From Mytilus californianus (Eukaryota): a stretch of 64,000 nucleotides of DNA. Made by a program: the position numbers and the translations under genes. Location of the stretch: positions 100,812,001-100,876,000 of the forward strand of contig NW_026262701.1 of the NCBI RefSeq assembly GCF_021869535.1, in the 5' to 3' direction. The notes beneath the pieces are model-generated. The model saw nothing but the letters and a program-made list of their open reading frames with translations, was not told the DNA's origin and did not search any database. Shown piece after piece: positions 40,808 to 54,841 of the stretch (the first letter of the stretch is position 1; each line of letters opens with the position of its first letter).

Positions 40808-41330
40808 TACAAGTTAACAATGATAAATCGTAATGGGACATTTGATACTATCAGTACAATATAGCATTAAATATCAGGAACGATAATTAAGATAAAAGTA
40901 TTATAGCTAGTCAGACTGTTGACAAGAAGACTTAGTTATTGATAACGATCTATGATAGTGAATTAATGACAGAAACGATAGGTATTCGTCATATAAATTG
41001 ATCAAAATGTCGGATGAGTAGTGTTAAGAGTCATGCAGAAAGTAAGCAGTATGTCCACTGAATGGTAGTTAAATAGCAGTATAGATCCAGTATAGAAGGT
41101 AATATTGGTCAAATAAAAGACCATCAAGTCATTTTGAGGTAGCAGAAAAGATTTGTAGATTAAGTAACAAAAGATGACATAAAGATAATAGTTAATAATA
41201 TGAAGCAAGTCTGCTGTATTGTTATATCTAGTCCATTGTTCCAATTGATATAATGATTATTATACATTTTTAAAAAGTGTACATATATTAATAATCAGAA
41301 GTAGCAAAGTAATATTACATAAGGAGTTAT

Positions 41331-41594
41331 AGTCATAAAACTTTCGAGTATGATTATCATACTCGACCTCAGAAATCAACCAATCAAAACACTCAATTTG
41401 GTGTTTAGACCACAAATTTTGTACTTCGAGTATTTAAAAGTAAAGTTTTATGACTGAAAGTCCTGTGATCTCTGTCATAAAACTATACTCAGTACTGGGA
41501 GTACAAAATTTGTGCTCTTAAACACCAAATCCAGCATTTTTATTGGTTGAATTCTGAGTCTGAGTAAGAAAATCGTACTTGAAATTTTATGACT
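41331..41594. repeat. Long imperfect palindrome (two inverted arms of about 130 bp)
   Basis: The right arm reverse-complemented aligns by eye along the whole left arm; each arm is bounded by GTCATAAAA...TTTTATGAC. Confidence 0.8.
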
Positions 41595-42653
41595 GCAAGG
41601 CCTGAGGTTTAATAACAAGTGTATTAACAAAGATAATACAGTATTTTTTTGTTTTGTTGAAAGGAAAAATCTTCCTTCATCACCCATAACAAATTCATTA
41701 AACATATGACAAGTAAGTCTGATACATAAATAATTTGCCTTTTCATCCTTTCTAATAACACACACATATATCTAAAAGTGGGACTCTATCCAATTTGACT
41801 TTATTTTACTTTTGATGTATGGATTTCCAAGGAAAGTCATTAAGGTTCTTTTGTGATGCTAAAATTTTTGCCGAAATTTATTATTTTCTTTAAATTTTAA
41901 AGATGGTTAAAAGCTATTGATTCATGTCACCTAATTGTGTATTTAGTGAATCACATGTCAGGTTACCAATAGAAAGATTGGCAGAAAATAAATATTCAGT
42001 GGACTTAATATTAGCTTCATAATTTTTTAACTTTCTTATAAGCTATAAGAAACGTCAGATATACTTATCAGTTGTTATTACATATATTGTATGTGATATC
42101 AAGTTTTTCATTTATGTCTGTGATTTTGAATTTAACGTTTTAACTCCGATTTACAGTGCCATTTGTATCAAGTGTAAAATGTATTTTTTATTTGATTTAT
42201 ATATTTGAAGTGCAATAAGTTGGTTAGATTATAATATAAGATTTGATAAAAAAAAATGTGTAGTTAATATTGTTTTGCATTCCATTGATATTGTTTATTT
42301 ACACTCAGTGCTAAAAGGCATTATTAAACCTTCCTTCATATAGATAAATAAGTATATGCATTGACTAATTTGGTAAATTGTGGTTACCTATGAAATCATA
42401 ATGAATACCCCATATTTCATCACCCGTAATCACTTCAAAATATATACACCATTCATGCTAGTTATATTTTAGGACTAGGAAGACATGTTAATTTTAACTT
42501 CATCCCCTAAAGAGATGTTGTTTAAGTAAAACAAGTGAAGTGGTGTCTGTAAGCTAGACCTTATAGTAGGGATATTTTTTCTGGGTCAAAAATATGCAGT
42601 TCCTTTATATTTTGTAAACTAAAAAATATAATTAAATCTTTTTAGAAATGATA

Positions 42654-42863
42654 TACTGTAAATTTAGAAATTATTGTGTGCATTTGTTATTGATATTTTT
42701 GAAGGATGGACAAAAATGCAAGATTCATTATTGCGATTTCAGAAAAATCTGTATACAAATATATGTAACAGATTTAGAATGTGAGGTCTTATTATTGTGA
42801 TACTCACCCTATCGCATTATTCGCATTAATAAAAACCTCGCAATCATTTCTGAATTTACAGTA
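42654..42863. mobile_element. MITE (TACTGTAAATT family), opposite orientation to 9531-9729
   Basis: TACTGTAAATTTAGAAATTATTG...CAATCATTTCTGAATTTACAGTA. Confidence 0.78.
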
Positions 42864-45800
42864 CACATTGTAATTTGAAATCCTCTGTTGATGATGTATG
42901 TCTCAGAAAGAAAGATTTATTGACAATTTTTCTGTAGAAATGTTTTGTTTGTACTTTTAAATAACTTACATTGCTATTGAATACTGCATTTTTTGGTAAA
43001 TTTCAATTCATTTATGTATTATATATTTAATATTCTGTTTATTTATAATTGTTATATAAATTTGTTATTTTAAATAAATTGTCATCCTTAATATAAAATT
43101 TTCTTCTTGTTATTTGTTCAGTTTATTGTTTTATATTTGATTTTTGTGTTGTTTGCTGAATGTCCAGATGCAAATTTTTCGTGCATTTTAAGGACCAGAC
43201 TAAGTTAATGATAATCCAATTGATTTTTTCTGCAAAGTTGATCAACCAGGGTGAAACACTGAAATTTTGGAATGCCACTAGCCTAGAATTATAATGTGTC
43301 TGGTTCATCTTATTGTTATTTCCCCCCAATTTTTCTGCATTTATTTGTATGTTACATGTATTTCCCTTCTTATGTGTTGTTTTAATGTCTTTTTTAAAAT
43401 CCTTTGGATGATCCTACTAAATGACTTTAATAACAGGTGACTTTCATTGGATATACTTTCAAAACTGTGGCTAACAATTCCATAAATCAGTCAAAATTGA
43501 GACTATCACTAGAATAAAACTGTCTGTCCATTCAATAAATTCTGTTTCAACAGACATTAAATATCTGATTGGACCAATTCATATCATATTATTTGTTATC
43601 TCTCAGATTCAGTTCTTATCTGTGTCTGAAAACATTTGGTAGAAAAATTTTATTAAAGTTTTCTTGACTTCTATGAAAGGGAATGATTTTATATTTGATC
43701 TGCAGCTGATAATGTTGGATTGTAGCATGTAAGCAATTTTTATATTTGCAGTGTAGCTACTACATGTTTGTTGAAAGTTTGAAATTTTACAACACTCATT
43801 GTACACCTAAATTTTTCGCTAATCTTTTCTTTGCTTAGAGATTCATTTTATATTTAGTCTGAGGTTGATGATATTGTGTTGTAGTGAAACATGATATATT
43901 TATAAGTTGTAACTGGCTTTGAACTAGCTTTCAGTAATTGTGAGTACTCATAGACCAGTACTTTGTGTCTGTAATCTTTTTTTTTGTGCTTTGTGCCAAT
44001 CTGATGTGTTGAGCCTTTTTTCAACTGATTTTTACAGTTTGTTCTTTGTTGTGGAGTTACAACACTTTCCCAAGAGACTCACAAACATGTTCTACCACAT
44101 TCTGTACGTGCCTGTCCCAAGGCAGAAGCTTGTTATTCAGTAGTTCTCATTGGTTGCTGTCTATCATTTGTTGTTGAACATAAATCCCACCATTTGTTAT
44201 CTTGTTTGAATGGTTTTACATTTGGTCATGATGGGGCCTTTTATAGCTTACTATATGATATGGGTATTGAGCATTGTTGGAAGCCATACTGTGGCCTATA
44301 GTTGCTTATAGCTATGTTATTTGGTCTCTGGTGGATAGTTGTCTTATTGGCAATGGTACCCATCTGATTTTTGGAAAGATTGATTAATTCTCATGTCTGT
44401 GTTCATATGCTGATGAACTTTGAAAAAATTTGATTAACATATATCTATAGAGCAGTTCATTCAAGTATATATGTCTTTAGTTTCATAAATTTGTTAGCTA
44501 GTTCAGTCATGTTTCTAGGTAAGAGTAATAATACCAGTAGGACTGACAATTTCCATGATGATTTAACAATCAGAAATAAGGTGGAGTCTTAATTGGAATG
44601 TACCATCCTCTTAAATGCAAATTATATTGACCAAATTACCTAATTTCAGTCTTAGATAATTAAGCAGATTTTATTACACATTTCAATATACAATTCTTGA
44701 CCTCAATATAATGTAGAAATGATAGATTTATTAATTCACATATTACTTTTGATCATAACTACATTAAATGATTCTGTAAATCATGTCTGATAGAAGATTA
44801 TTATTAGGATAATTATCAGGCTCTTTCTTTTTTTTTAGATAAATCATAACATTATTAAACGAGGGCACCTGGCATGACCCCCAGAGTCAAACTCTTAGCT
44901 AAACTGCAAAGGTCTTGCCTGTACTGTGGCATTTATTTGCTTACTATCACTTATTTAAACTCAGGTGGATAGTAGTCTCATTGGCAATCTGTCCAAATCT
45001 GTTCATTTTTATATTGTAATGGCAAGGAAGAATATATATGATTAAATGGTGACTTATAAAAATTAACTATTTGAGGGTCAAAAGTCAAGCTCCTCATCCA
45101 TTGTACGGGACACATCATATTGAGGTGCTGCACTTGTGTTTTGAATATCAAAAGCCTATGTCAAAGGAGAGAAAAGGGTGTTCTCCGAACAAGAAAATGT
45201 AAAAAAAATAAAGTATTTTTTATCTTGAGGTCAAAGGTTAAGGTCATTTGACGGTCATGATGTTATGTGATACACTGTCTTATTGTAGTTCAACTTCATG
45301 CCAAATATCATAAGCTAGTGTCAAAAGACAAAAAAGTTTTCATGTTTAAATACACGGATTATAGAGAAAATTATGTGAAAATTACACATTTTTATTCCAT
45401 TGCCATGGTAACGGTGTAAGAGACCCCAGCTTAAAAATCATAAACCTTGTAGCACATATGTAAATCTTTATAGAAATGTTTAATACATTAAAAAAATCAT
45501 AGGACTTTAAAAGATTTCATGTCTTTTTGTTGATTGTGTTAGCAAGTATCGAAAAAATCACCAAAATGCCTTTTTTAGATCTGTAAGCCCCAAAATATAG
45601 CGATACTCAAACTATGATATAAATATATTTGTCTAGTTTCGAAGGACGAATAATGCTTGTAATAAAAATCCTTTTAAGTACCAGCTCATTATAACCATAT
45701 CTTGAATATTCATAGCAACAAAAATGTGAGATTTTAATGGAAATTTTGGGAAATTAAGTCTTTTCCAGAAGATGGTGCTGCAAAATCTAAAAATAGCTTC

Positions 45801-48800
45801 AGATCAAATTTTAAAGTTCGATTTTTTCTTCTTTTGACTATCATAACATATGTGCAAAATTTCAGTACATTTGGTTGACATATCATGTGGACCCACTAAT
45901 AAGGCTTTTGCATGGTTCTTATCAAAGACTTGGTGTAAAGAAGAAAAGGTTTTCAGCCTCAAATTTTCATTAACCAAGCAAAAATTACAGTAGCGAAACA
46001 TTTTATTTACTTAAAAGCTTTGGATTTGCAACAAAATAGAACTTCCATTGATTCAGCAGGAAATGAGTAGAAACTTAAAACAAATACAGAAAAAATTTCT
46101 GGAAAACAAAGTGTTTATTGCGTGAAACACCGATAGAAAACCAGTTTTAAGTGATCATAAGAATTGTTGAAGTATTTAAGACTTTAATATGTTACATATT
46201 AATTTTTCAAAGTCCAGTGTACGTGTTTGTGTCTTATTAGGCAATACAAATTTGATTACTCATTGAGGTGTTAAGAATATTGTCATCCACATCTACAGCA
46301 AGCTACATGTTTTTGACAGTTGTTGAAGCTTTGAAGTAAAGCCATTCATTATCCAGTAGTTGGGTGGCTAAGGCATTGAAGAAAAATGCTCTAAAGATGT
46401 ATACCCACCCCCCACCCCCATAATACATATCAAAGCCCGCATTTTGAGAAAGATGAATGTTTACTAAAAGAAACAGTCGTCTTCAAAAAACATTCAGAGT
46501 AATTTTGTGTATGACTACACTGAAAATAACCCTTATTTTCAAAGCCATGGTAGCAAATATGAGGGATTTTTAAATTACATTGAAGCCAAGATGTGCATTA
46601 AGATTCGTTCTTTACGAAAAAATGAATGGGGGTTCGATATTTTCTAGAACGTGTGAAAATGGTCAAAGATGGATATAGCTGGCGTCTGTATACATAGACG
46701 TTCAAGTCATAAATTATTGATCAGGCTAAACTTATGAGACTGACAACAATCAGGCCAAGTTGAATGGAAATTGTAAGGGATGTGCATACTCCATATCTAC
46801 ACGGTAATTGATTCTGATACAAAATCACCTAAATTGTTGATGTACACAAAGTGGGTGGAGTCAATTTCTCAGTTTGAATTTTCAGTGGCCATTCTCAAAT
46901 AAATCTTTCAGTCTTTACTGAACTTCATTGTATCAGCTACATGTGTGTATTTTACTTTTCTACTAACATTATGGCTTCAGATATATTAGAGACATATAAT
47001 ACATATAATTGTATTATATGTCTCTGGATATATGTTTTGATATATAACAAAGGACGTATATTTTACGTTAGTACAAATGTTATATAAATCCTTATCTTAT
47101 AATCTATAAACTAGTAGCTCAACTCTATTTTGATATATTTTGGCATATTTTGAAAATTAACTCACAAAAATGAACCATAAGACTAAGATTGCCGTTTAAC
47201 ACAGAACCAATGGAACATGCTCTATTATAAACAGATGAGAGAAGACTGCATGAGGACTTGCTTACCCAAATACAAAATGTAGGTATCATCTTTAGACAAT
47301 TTCGCTGAAAAATTATAAGGTTAAATTCCCAAGTCTGGAAAAAAGGTTTCAAAGTGTTTGCAGATTTCTGTTATATTTCGGGTATTTATGTTCAAAACTG
47401 TAGGAGGCTCAGGGGTTGATTACACAAAAAGATTTGCTGATAATACGGAAAACGAGGAACAATTCTCAACAATTCTGTAGTATCAGGTGCACAACTGTGT
47501 ACAATGTTTCTGTGAAGGTTAAGGACTGTAAGAGCTTACTACACACAAAACAGCCGGTACCCATCTTACCTGAAAACGCATCCGCCCGCCCTATCGCCCG
47601 TCCAGCCACCCTACATCGCCATACTATAAGCCGCTTTTCCAATATGTGCAATATTTAAGAAGAACATTCTTATCCAAATCGAGAGGTATACCATATATTG
47701 TATTTCTGGTATTCATTTTGATGGCAGATGTCATTCGATGCAAAATTTGAACAAAAATATGTAAAATTGCAATATTGTGATAAAAAAAAAAGTCTTCCCT
47801 AAATCATTTGAATAACTTATTTATTTGATGAAAATATTCAAAAATATTGAAAAAAATTGTATTATATGTCGCCTTCCAAATTCGTGAAAATTGGTTCTAA
47901 CTTTTCATGAATGGTATTTCCGGGGGTCATGTAAACAAGTATCAGATGATATACCATCAAGTACAAAAATTAACTATTTTGAGCTTGAATTATGCGCTAG
48001 TGAATAAGCGGAAGTTAATTTTAAGGTTCATACTTTTCTTTTGTCCCGTTAATTATAGAACGTCGTGTCATTTAAATACGAATAACCAGACTGTATTGAA
48101 AAGTCGTTCTGAATTCTGTCTATTGTAACTTTGATTTTGTGAGAACAAAATAACTTAAAAAAGGATTTTGAGTTCGTGAGAAAAATGCTGTAATTTCTGT
48201 GATTCATCCTTGTTTTAAATTTTTTTTAAATACATATAGATCACGACATGTACACACGACCTGTAATCCGGTTATATGCTGTAGTTAATATTCATTTATA
48301 GAATATATATAATATTTCAATTAATCATCAAAATATTTGATCACGATTTTGATTGTGTCTGAGACGACTATATAACACATAGACTATTATAATACATGTG
48401 TTATAGTAATCTCAGATTGTGTTCGATATATTTTTGCACTATAATTGACAGTGTATCGAAAATTTGTCAATAAAGATAAATACAAATTCAGTTTTATAAG
48501 AAGGATATACATACCTATTGAAGGTAAATTATCCAAATAAATCTGTTTATATTGAAATAATACATTTGTTTATTGTAAGATTTCATGCAGCAGTATAGGG
48601 ACCACCATTTGATTTTCTAGGGGGTGGTGGTGGGGAGGAGGAGGAATTAGAAAATCATTATCTTGGCATAGTAAGAGCTGAAAATAAATAATCTTGCACG
48701 AGACAAGATGAAAATGAATATTCTATAACACAAAATGCAGGAAATAATTGTGTACAAAAGTGAAAATAAATGAATAAGTAATACGTAAAAATCGCGCGGA

Positions 48801-49204
48801 AAAGGATCTAACTAAATTAACAAAGATGTTTTTCTTACGTGACATTTCAAATTGAATTGGCATCAATCTAACACACCCATGCACCCAAATTGTTGTAATT
48901 TATATATCTCCAATTCAATGTTGAGATATGTGCAGTTGCTTAGTTTTTAAGTTGATATTTTGTTTGTTTCGCTAGTTTTTAGTTTCATGTATTTTAATTG
49001 CGGAAAGGTCAGGACGTAAATATTATGTTGAACTTGTTTTAAATAATGATTTGTATAAAGTAAATATCATAGTGTCTCCACACTATCTTCATGTAGACTA
49101 TATACATGCTTCCCATGCATTTCTTTTGTTTAATGTATAAAATACAACAAGATATGAGCATATTTAATAGCTAGTTTAAAAAGCTTGCCTCGTGATGCAA
49201 TACA

Positions 49205-50567
49205 CAGTGGCGGATCCAGAGGGGGGCGTAGAGGGCGTACGCCCCCCCCCCCTTTGCTTGCACTTTTTTTTTGTTTGTAAAATAATTAATCAGACTAGAC
49301 TTCGTGAACTTTGCCATTTCCCGTGTATTTAATTTTTATGCGACAATTCTTTACTTATAAAGATATCTTTCGCTCGTATTTATTGTAATATATTATTGAT
49401 TATGTCAAAGTCATGTGATTCGCTACGGTGGAGTTGACCAGTACGTCGAAAAAAACGTCACTCGGTCATTTTGAAATTCAAATTACAGTAACATATTGCT
49501 TAGGTTGAGGATGACAAGCATGACGCCTTCAAAGCGACAAAGTATTGAGCAAGAACGTATTGACTTCTATTTCACAATTCCACCCAACAGAAAGTAATAC
49601 TCTATTACACTCTCAAGAAACAAAAAGTTCCACAGCAATATTATTTACCTACCAAAACATGTTTTTAACCCCACACGCCCCATCCCATTAATAACATTGC
49701 TGAATAGTGATCCCCAGTCAGTAAGCTCTAGATATAGATTTAAAGTCTAAGGTACGGACCATTTGATTTGAGGGGGCAGCCTGAGATATTTTAGAGAAAA
49801 AAATCTGACCCTGATTTTTGCCTTAAACAAAAAATCTGGCCGTATCTTGATTGAAAACAATAATCTTGTCCACTTTTTTGCTATTGGAAAAAAATATTTT
49901 CAACAGAATTATTTAGCATCAAATGAACATGATGAATTAAAAACGGGCATAATTTTTTTTTTTTGGGGGGGGGTGCATGTGAATCCCATATCTGACCGGA
50001 ATGTCTGTTTCGCCGAACTGATATACTGAATACTTTTTTCAAGGCCCGACTGCAACCTGCCTGCTGGGTGTGGCCTATATGTCTAAATGTATCGACTGTC
50101 ATTCACAACTTCATTGTCATTTCCGACTCATTCGTAGCCTTTGGTTGATTTGGAACCCATCACTTCCCTTGTTGTTCAACCAAACATTTGGATAAAAATT
50201 GCTTGTTTGTCTTTCTTCGTGTCGGTTTTCTTGTAAATTTCATTGAATAGCCGTATATCTTGTTTACAACAAGAAATCTGTGAGGTTATGCTAACTAACC
50301 ATGCAACAAACGAGAATTTTCCATGTCCACATCAAGTATATTAATTAGTACATAGCTTTGGATCCATCCAATCATTTTATGATAGACAATTAATGGAGAG
50401 AATACGGCACCAAAAATGTCCAACCCCTACACTTTAACTATAAAATGCATTTTACACTTATTTTATGTTTTTTAGCCAAAAAAGGTCCAAAATATTTTTC
50501 GCCTCGCTCCGCTCGGCCAACTTTAATAATACGCCCCCCCCTTTCCAAATTCCTGGATCCGCCTCTG
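49205..50567. mobile_element. Non-autonomous TIR DNA transposon (1363 bp), superfamily uncertain
   Basis: TIR CAGTGGCGGATCCAG...CTGGATCCGCCTCTG (14/15); flanked by the direct repeat ATACA on both sides. Confidence 0.78.
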
Positions 50568-51242
50568 ATACAAATATTCGCTCATTAGCTTAGGATGTGA
50601 TCACTTTAGTTTAGGCTTATGGCGATGATGTGTACACATGTCATCATAGTTTTGTAAGTATATCATACTGGCAAGGAATTGTATATTATCAGAAGTCCAT
50701 TACAAGACTAGTAATGTACTTCTGATATTATATACAATTCCTTGCATAATAGATATGATGTTAAAAGCACCACCCCGTCAGAATCATTTCAGGTGGATAT
50801 ATTTTTTTTATAAATATACATGTTTAAAATGTTTATCAGTTTGTTTTTCGAAAATCAACAATAATTGTATGTTAATCATGTATGGTCTGGAACTCTTTAT
50901 CATGTACCGCTGATTAAGTGCCATTTATCTTGTCCATTTTTGCGGATATTTTACTAGAAAATTCTCATATTATCATCATTAACAGCAATTACAACATCAT
51001 TACTCATTACTCAGCACGATCATCTATTTCAATCATTTTTTCGTCATATTTTTTCTCATTCTTATTTGTTTTATCATTTATTAGATCAAATAATTTCCTA
51101 CATCAACTGATTATTCAAAAGTACCAAGGCCCAAGTACACAATGATATCAATCAATATCAATAATTATTAATCTTGAATAGTTATAATTCCGGAAAATAC
51201 ACTGTTGCTGAACCGATACGTTCGTTTTTAAATACATGGTAA

Positions 51243-51337
51243 CCGGAAGTTGATTTTTGAAACAAAAACAAAGGAGCCTCCAAAGATACAAATTCGTTTC
51301 TGAAGAAACCATGTAATATTATTTGATCCAAGTAAGT
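51243..51337 (+). promoter_or_regulatory. Candidate promoter and non-coding first exon of the KLHL gene
   Basis: ETS-type CCGGAAGT at 51243-51250 and donor CAA|GTAAGT at 51331/51332; the ATG-containing exon at 57069 begins at an acceptor, so an upstream exon is required. Assignment is inference. Confidence 0.35.
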
Positions 51338-52847
51338 CATGTCCCATCTCAAGTAATCGATTTCTTTGATGAGCTTAGCTGCATCTCTTAACACAGGCTT
51401 CAGAATTCAAAAAGGGATATCGATTATTGTATAACTTAATATAACTGAATCAAGGAAATGTATACAGCTATAATTTACAGGTATAATGAGACTTACAAAT
51501 CCTTGACTGGATGGATCTCTTTACTTTTGTAATGCTGTCAAATGCAAAAGAGGTAACTCTTTCTATGTTTTTCGAGAAATATTGGCGGACAACATATGAC
51601 TATTTTTTTAAAGAAGTTTTATTGTTTTAAACAGTTATTAGAAATGAACAAAACATGTTGAATAGTTATTAATATGTATCAGGTGAGACTCTAAGACAAC
51701 AGAAGATTTTGCCGTTAATCAAAACAACAAAAAAATCAAATCACTACTTAAGAAAATACATTGTTTTTTAAACTTTTCTTACCATTGATTTATTTGACAA
51801 AAAAATAAAAACCTTATTTTTCAGTACTGTGATAAAAAATACTTTTAATTTAAAACAAAAAGGATAGTTAATGGTAAATATATCTAGTTTGGTTAATGTT
51901 CTCTTGAAAAATAGAGTTCCAATAGCTTGAAAGAGCAAGCTGTTTTGGTTTCTTAAATAGATAAGACTGCTATATAAAATATTTGCATTCAAAAAAGGAG
52001 GGTAACTCAAATCTAAATTAAAGTCCATAGATTTCTTATTTGGAAGTAAGTAATTTACAAAATTAAATTGGAAAGAGCGATTAATTACTCTAATTTTATT
52101 CTTCTTTCAGCAAGTTAAGTTGATTCTGAATTATAGTTGTCTTATCTATACAATACATATGTATTTCAAGCTCAAAATTTAATATTTCTGCTAGAGATGA
52201 TCTGGAATTATGTTCAATGTCAGATGGTAAAGTAAAAAAGGTCCTATATCTGGTTACAAAAAAAGTGACACTTTTGGTATAAATGTATGAAAAAGTAACA
52301 AATCAGGTAGGAAATGATGTCCAATTTTAAGTATGAAGTGAAATAAAAGTCAGCAAATTATTTGAAATTTCACAATTATTTGTGTTTTACATATAGTGAA
52401 TATCAATCCGTTATTTTAGACTATTTCAACTTCTTTTAATGAATAAAAAGTTTGAAATATTGCATTTAAAATTCATACATCTTTTTAAGTTTTGTATAAA
52501 TCTGCGGCCCAGGGGTTTCATTATCTTTCATGTTGACTGGTACTTTCCCCTTTTGTAGGTGGTACTTTCATTTTATTCCATGAATACTTTATATAAAAAT
52601 TCCTACATTTAGGAGGTACTTGTCAATAGCATAGGAGGGTAAAAGTACCGGGTACCGCCTCCTAATGAATGGCCTGAATTTAATTTAGTCTGCCAGTTAT
52701 TAGAATTTTATTCAAACTCTCTTAGTAATACAAAAGGGCAATTTTGTTTCAACTATTATATTGTTTGAATAACTGACTCAGAATTTTGTAAGAGAAATAT
52801 GACTAATTTTACCTTGTTTCTGAGCATGATATATGATTGAATTTCAG

Positions 52848-54841
52848 TTTTAGCTGACGGGGCCCCATGTGAGCTTATGCCATCACTTGGTGTCCGTCGT
52901 CTGTCGTTGTCGTCATTGTAAACTATTTCAAGAATCTTCTCCTCTGAAACTACTGGGCCAAATACATGTACCGTTAAACTTCAACTGAATGTTCCTTAGG
53001 GTATCTAGTTTATAAATTGTATCCGAAGTTTTGAACCATGAACAAACATGGCCTCCATGGCTAAAAATAGAACATAGGGGTCAAATGCAGTTTTTGGCTT
53101 ATATCTCAAAAACTAAAGCATTTAGAGCAAATCTGACAGCTCTTAAATTTTCAGACGAAGTTAACAACCCATTGTTGGGTTGCTGCCACTAAATCAGTAA
53201 TTTTAAGGAAATTTTGCAGTTTTTGGTTATTATCATGAATATTATTGAAGATAAAGATAAACTGTAAACAGCAAAAATGTTCGGCAAAGTAAGATCTACA
53301 AAAAAGTTAATACTGTATGACCAAAATTATCAATTGACCCCTTAAGGAGTTATTGCCCTTTAAAGACATTTGTTCTTCATGTTTGCTAATATTTAAAAAT
53401 CTTCTCCTCTGAAACTACTGGGCCTAATACTTCTAAACTTAAACTGAATGTTCCTTAGGGTAACTGGTTTACAAATTGTATCCGTATGTTTGATCCATTA
53501 ACAAACATGGCCACCATGGCTAAAAATAGAACATAGGGGTCAAATGCAGTTTTTGGCTTTTATCTCAAAAACTATAGCAGTTAGAGCAAAAGTGACATAG
53601 AGTTAAAGTGATGAATAAGCCAGATCTATCTGCTATGAAATTTTCAGACCAATTGGACCACCCATTGTAGGGTCACTGTCCGAAATAGTTTATTTTTAGC
53701 TCACCTGGCCCAAAGGGCCAAGTGAGCTTTTCTCATCACTTGGCGTCCGTCGTCGTCGTCTGTCGTCTTGGCCACAATCATCATTAGGGTATCTATTTTA
53801 AAAAATGTGTCCGATGACCCCGCCAACCAACCAAGATGGCGGCCATGGCTAAAAATAGAACAAAGGGGTAAAATGTAGATTTTGGCTTATATCTCTGAAA
53901 CCAAAGCATTTAGAGTAAATCTGACATAGGGTAAAACTGATTATCAGGTCAAGATCTATCTGCCCTGAAATTTTCAGACAAATCTGACAACCTGTTGTTG
54001 GGTTGCTGCCCCTGAATTGGTAATTTTAAGGAAATTTTGCAGTTTTTGGTTATTATCTTGAATATTATTATAGATAGAGATAAACTGTAAACAGCAATAA
54101 TGTTCAGCAAAGTAAGATCTACAAATAAGTTATCATGACCAAAATTGTCAGTCGACCCCTTTAGGAGTTATTGCCCTTTATAGTCAATTTTTAACAATTT
54201 TTCGTAAATTTTTATAATCTTCTACAAAAATCTTATTCTCTGAAACTACAGAGACAAATTTAACCATACTTGGCCATAATCATTATAAGGGTATCTAGTT
54301 TAAAAAATTTGTCCGATGACCCTGCCTTTCAACCATCATGGCCGACTTGGTTAAAAATAGAACATGGGGGTAAAATGCAGTTTTTGGTTTATATCTCTGA
54401 AACTAAGCATTTAGAGCAAATCTGACAGGTGGCAAAAATGTTCATCAGATTTAGATTTATCTGCCCTGAAATTTTCAGACGAATCCGACAACCCGTTGTT
54501 GGGTTGCTGCCCCTGAGTTATTAATTTTACAGAAATTTTGCAGTTTTTTGGTATCATCTTAGATATCATTATAATATCTAATATCTAATACTATTAATTA
54601 TGATTTTAACCTAATTTTACATGATTTCCAAAGCATCAGTAAATACAGGTGACGACACAGGCTCTTGAGAGCCTCTAGTTATGAAATTTTACTGTTTTTG
54701 GTTATTATCTTTAATATTATAATAGATAGAGAGAAAGTGTAAATGGCAAAAATGTTCAGCTAAGTAGAATTTACAAATAAGTCAAACGCCTGAAACTGAA
54801 GTTACAGGTGAGCGATATCAGGCTCTCATGAGCCTCTTGTT
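52848..54841 (+). mobile_element. HINE-B-family element (outer, older) interrupted by a second HINE-B
   Basis: 5' TTTTAGCTGAC...GTGAGCTT..CATCACTTGG, (GTC)n; 3' AGGTGAGCGAT..GGCTCTCATGAGCC hairpin, ends CTTGTT. Confidence 0.75.
53693..54680 (+). mobile_element. HINE-B copy nested in the outer HINE-B
   Basis: TTTTTAGCTCACCTGGCCCAAAGGGCCAAGTGAGC head, (GTC)n; 3' CAGGTGACGACACAGGCTCTTGAGAGCCTCTAGTT hairpin end. Confidence 0.82.

Noticed and set aside
46659-46697. VKDGYSWR resembling a WRKY/MULE zinc-finger start
   Set aside because: Stop codon after a few residues and no downstream Cys/His pattern; probably chance.
44900-48900. Possible large DNA transposon or pseudogene between the two genes
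   Set aside because: Repeat-like fragments and short ORFs only; no paired termini, TSD or recognisable domain could be established by eye.
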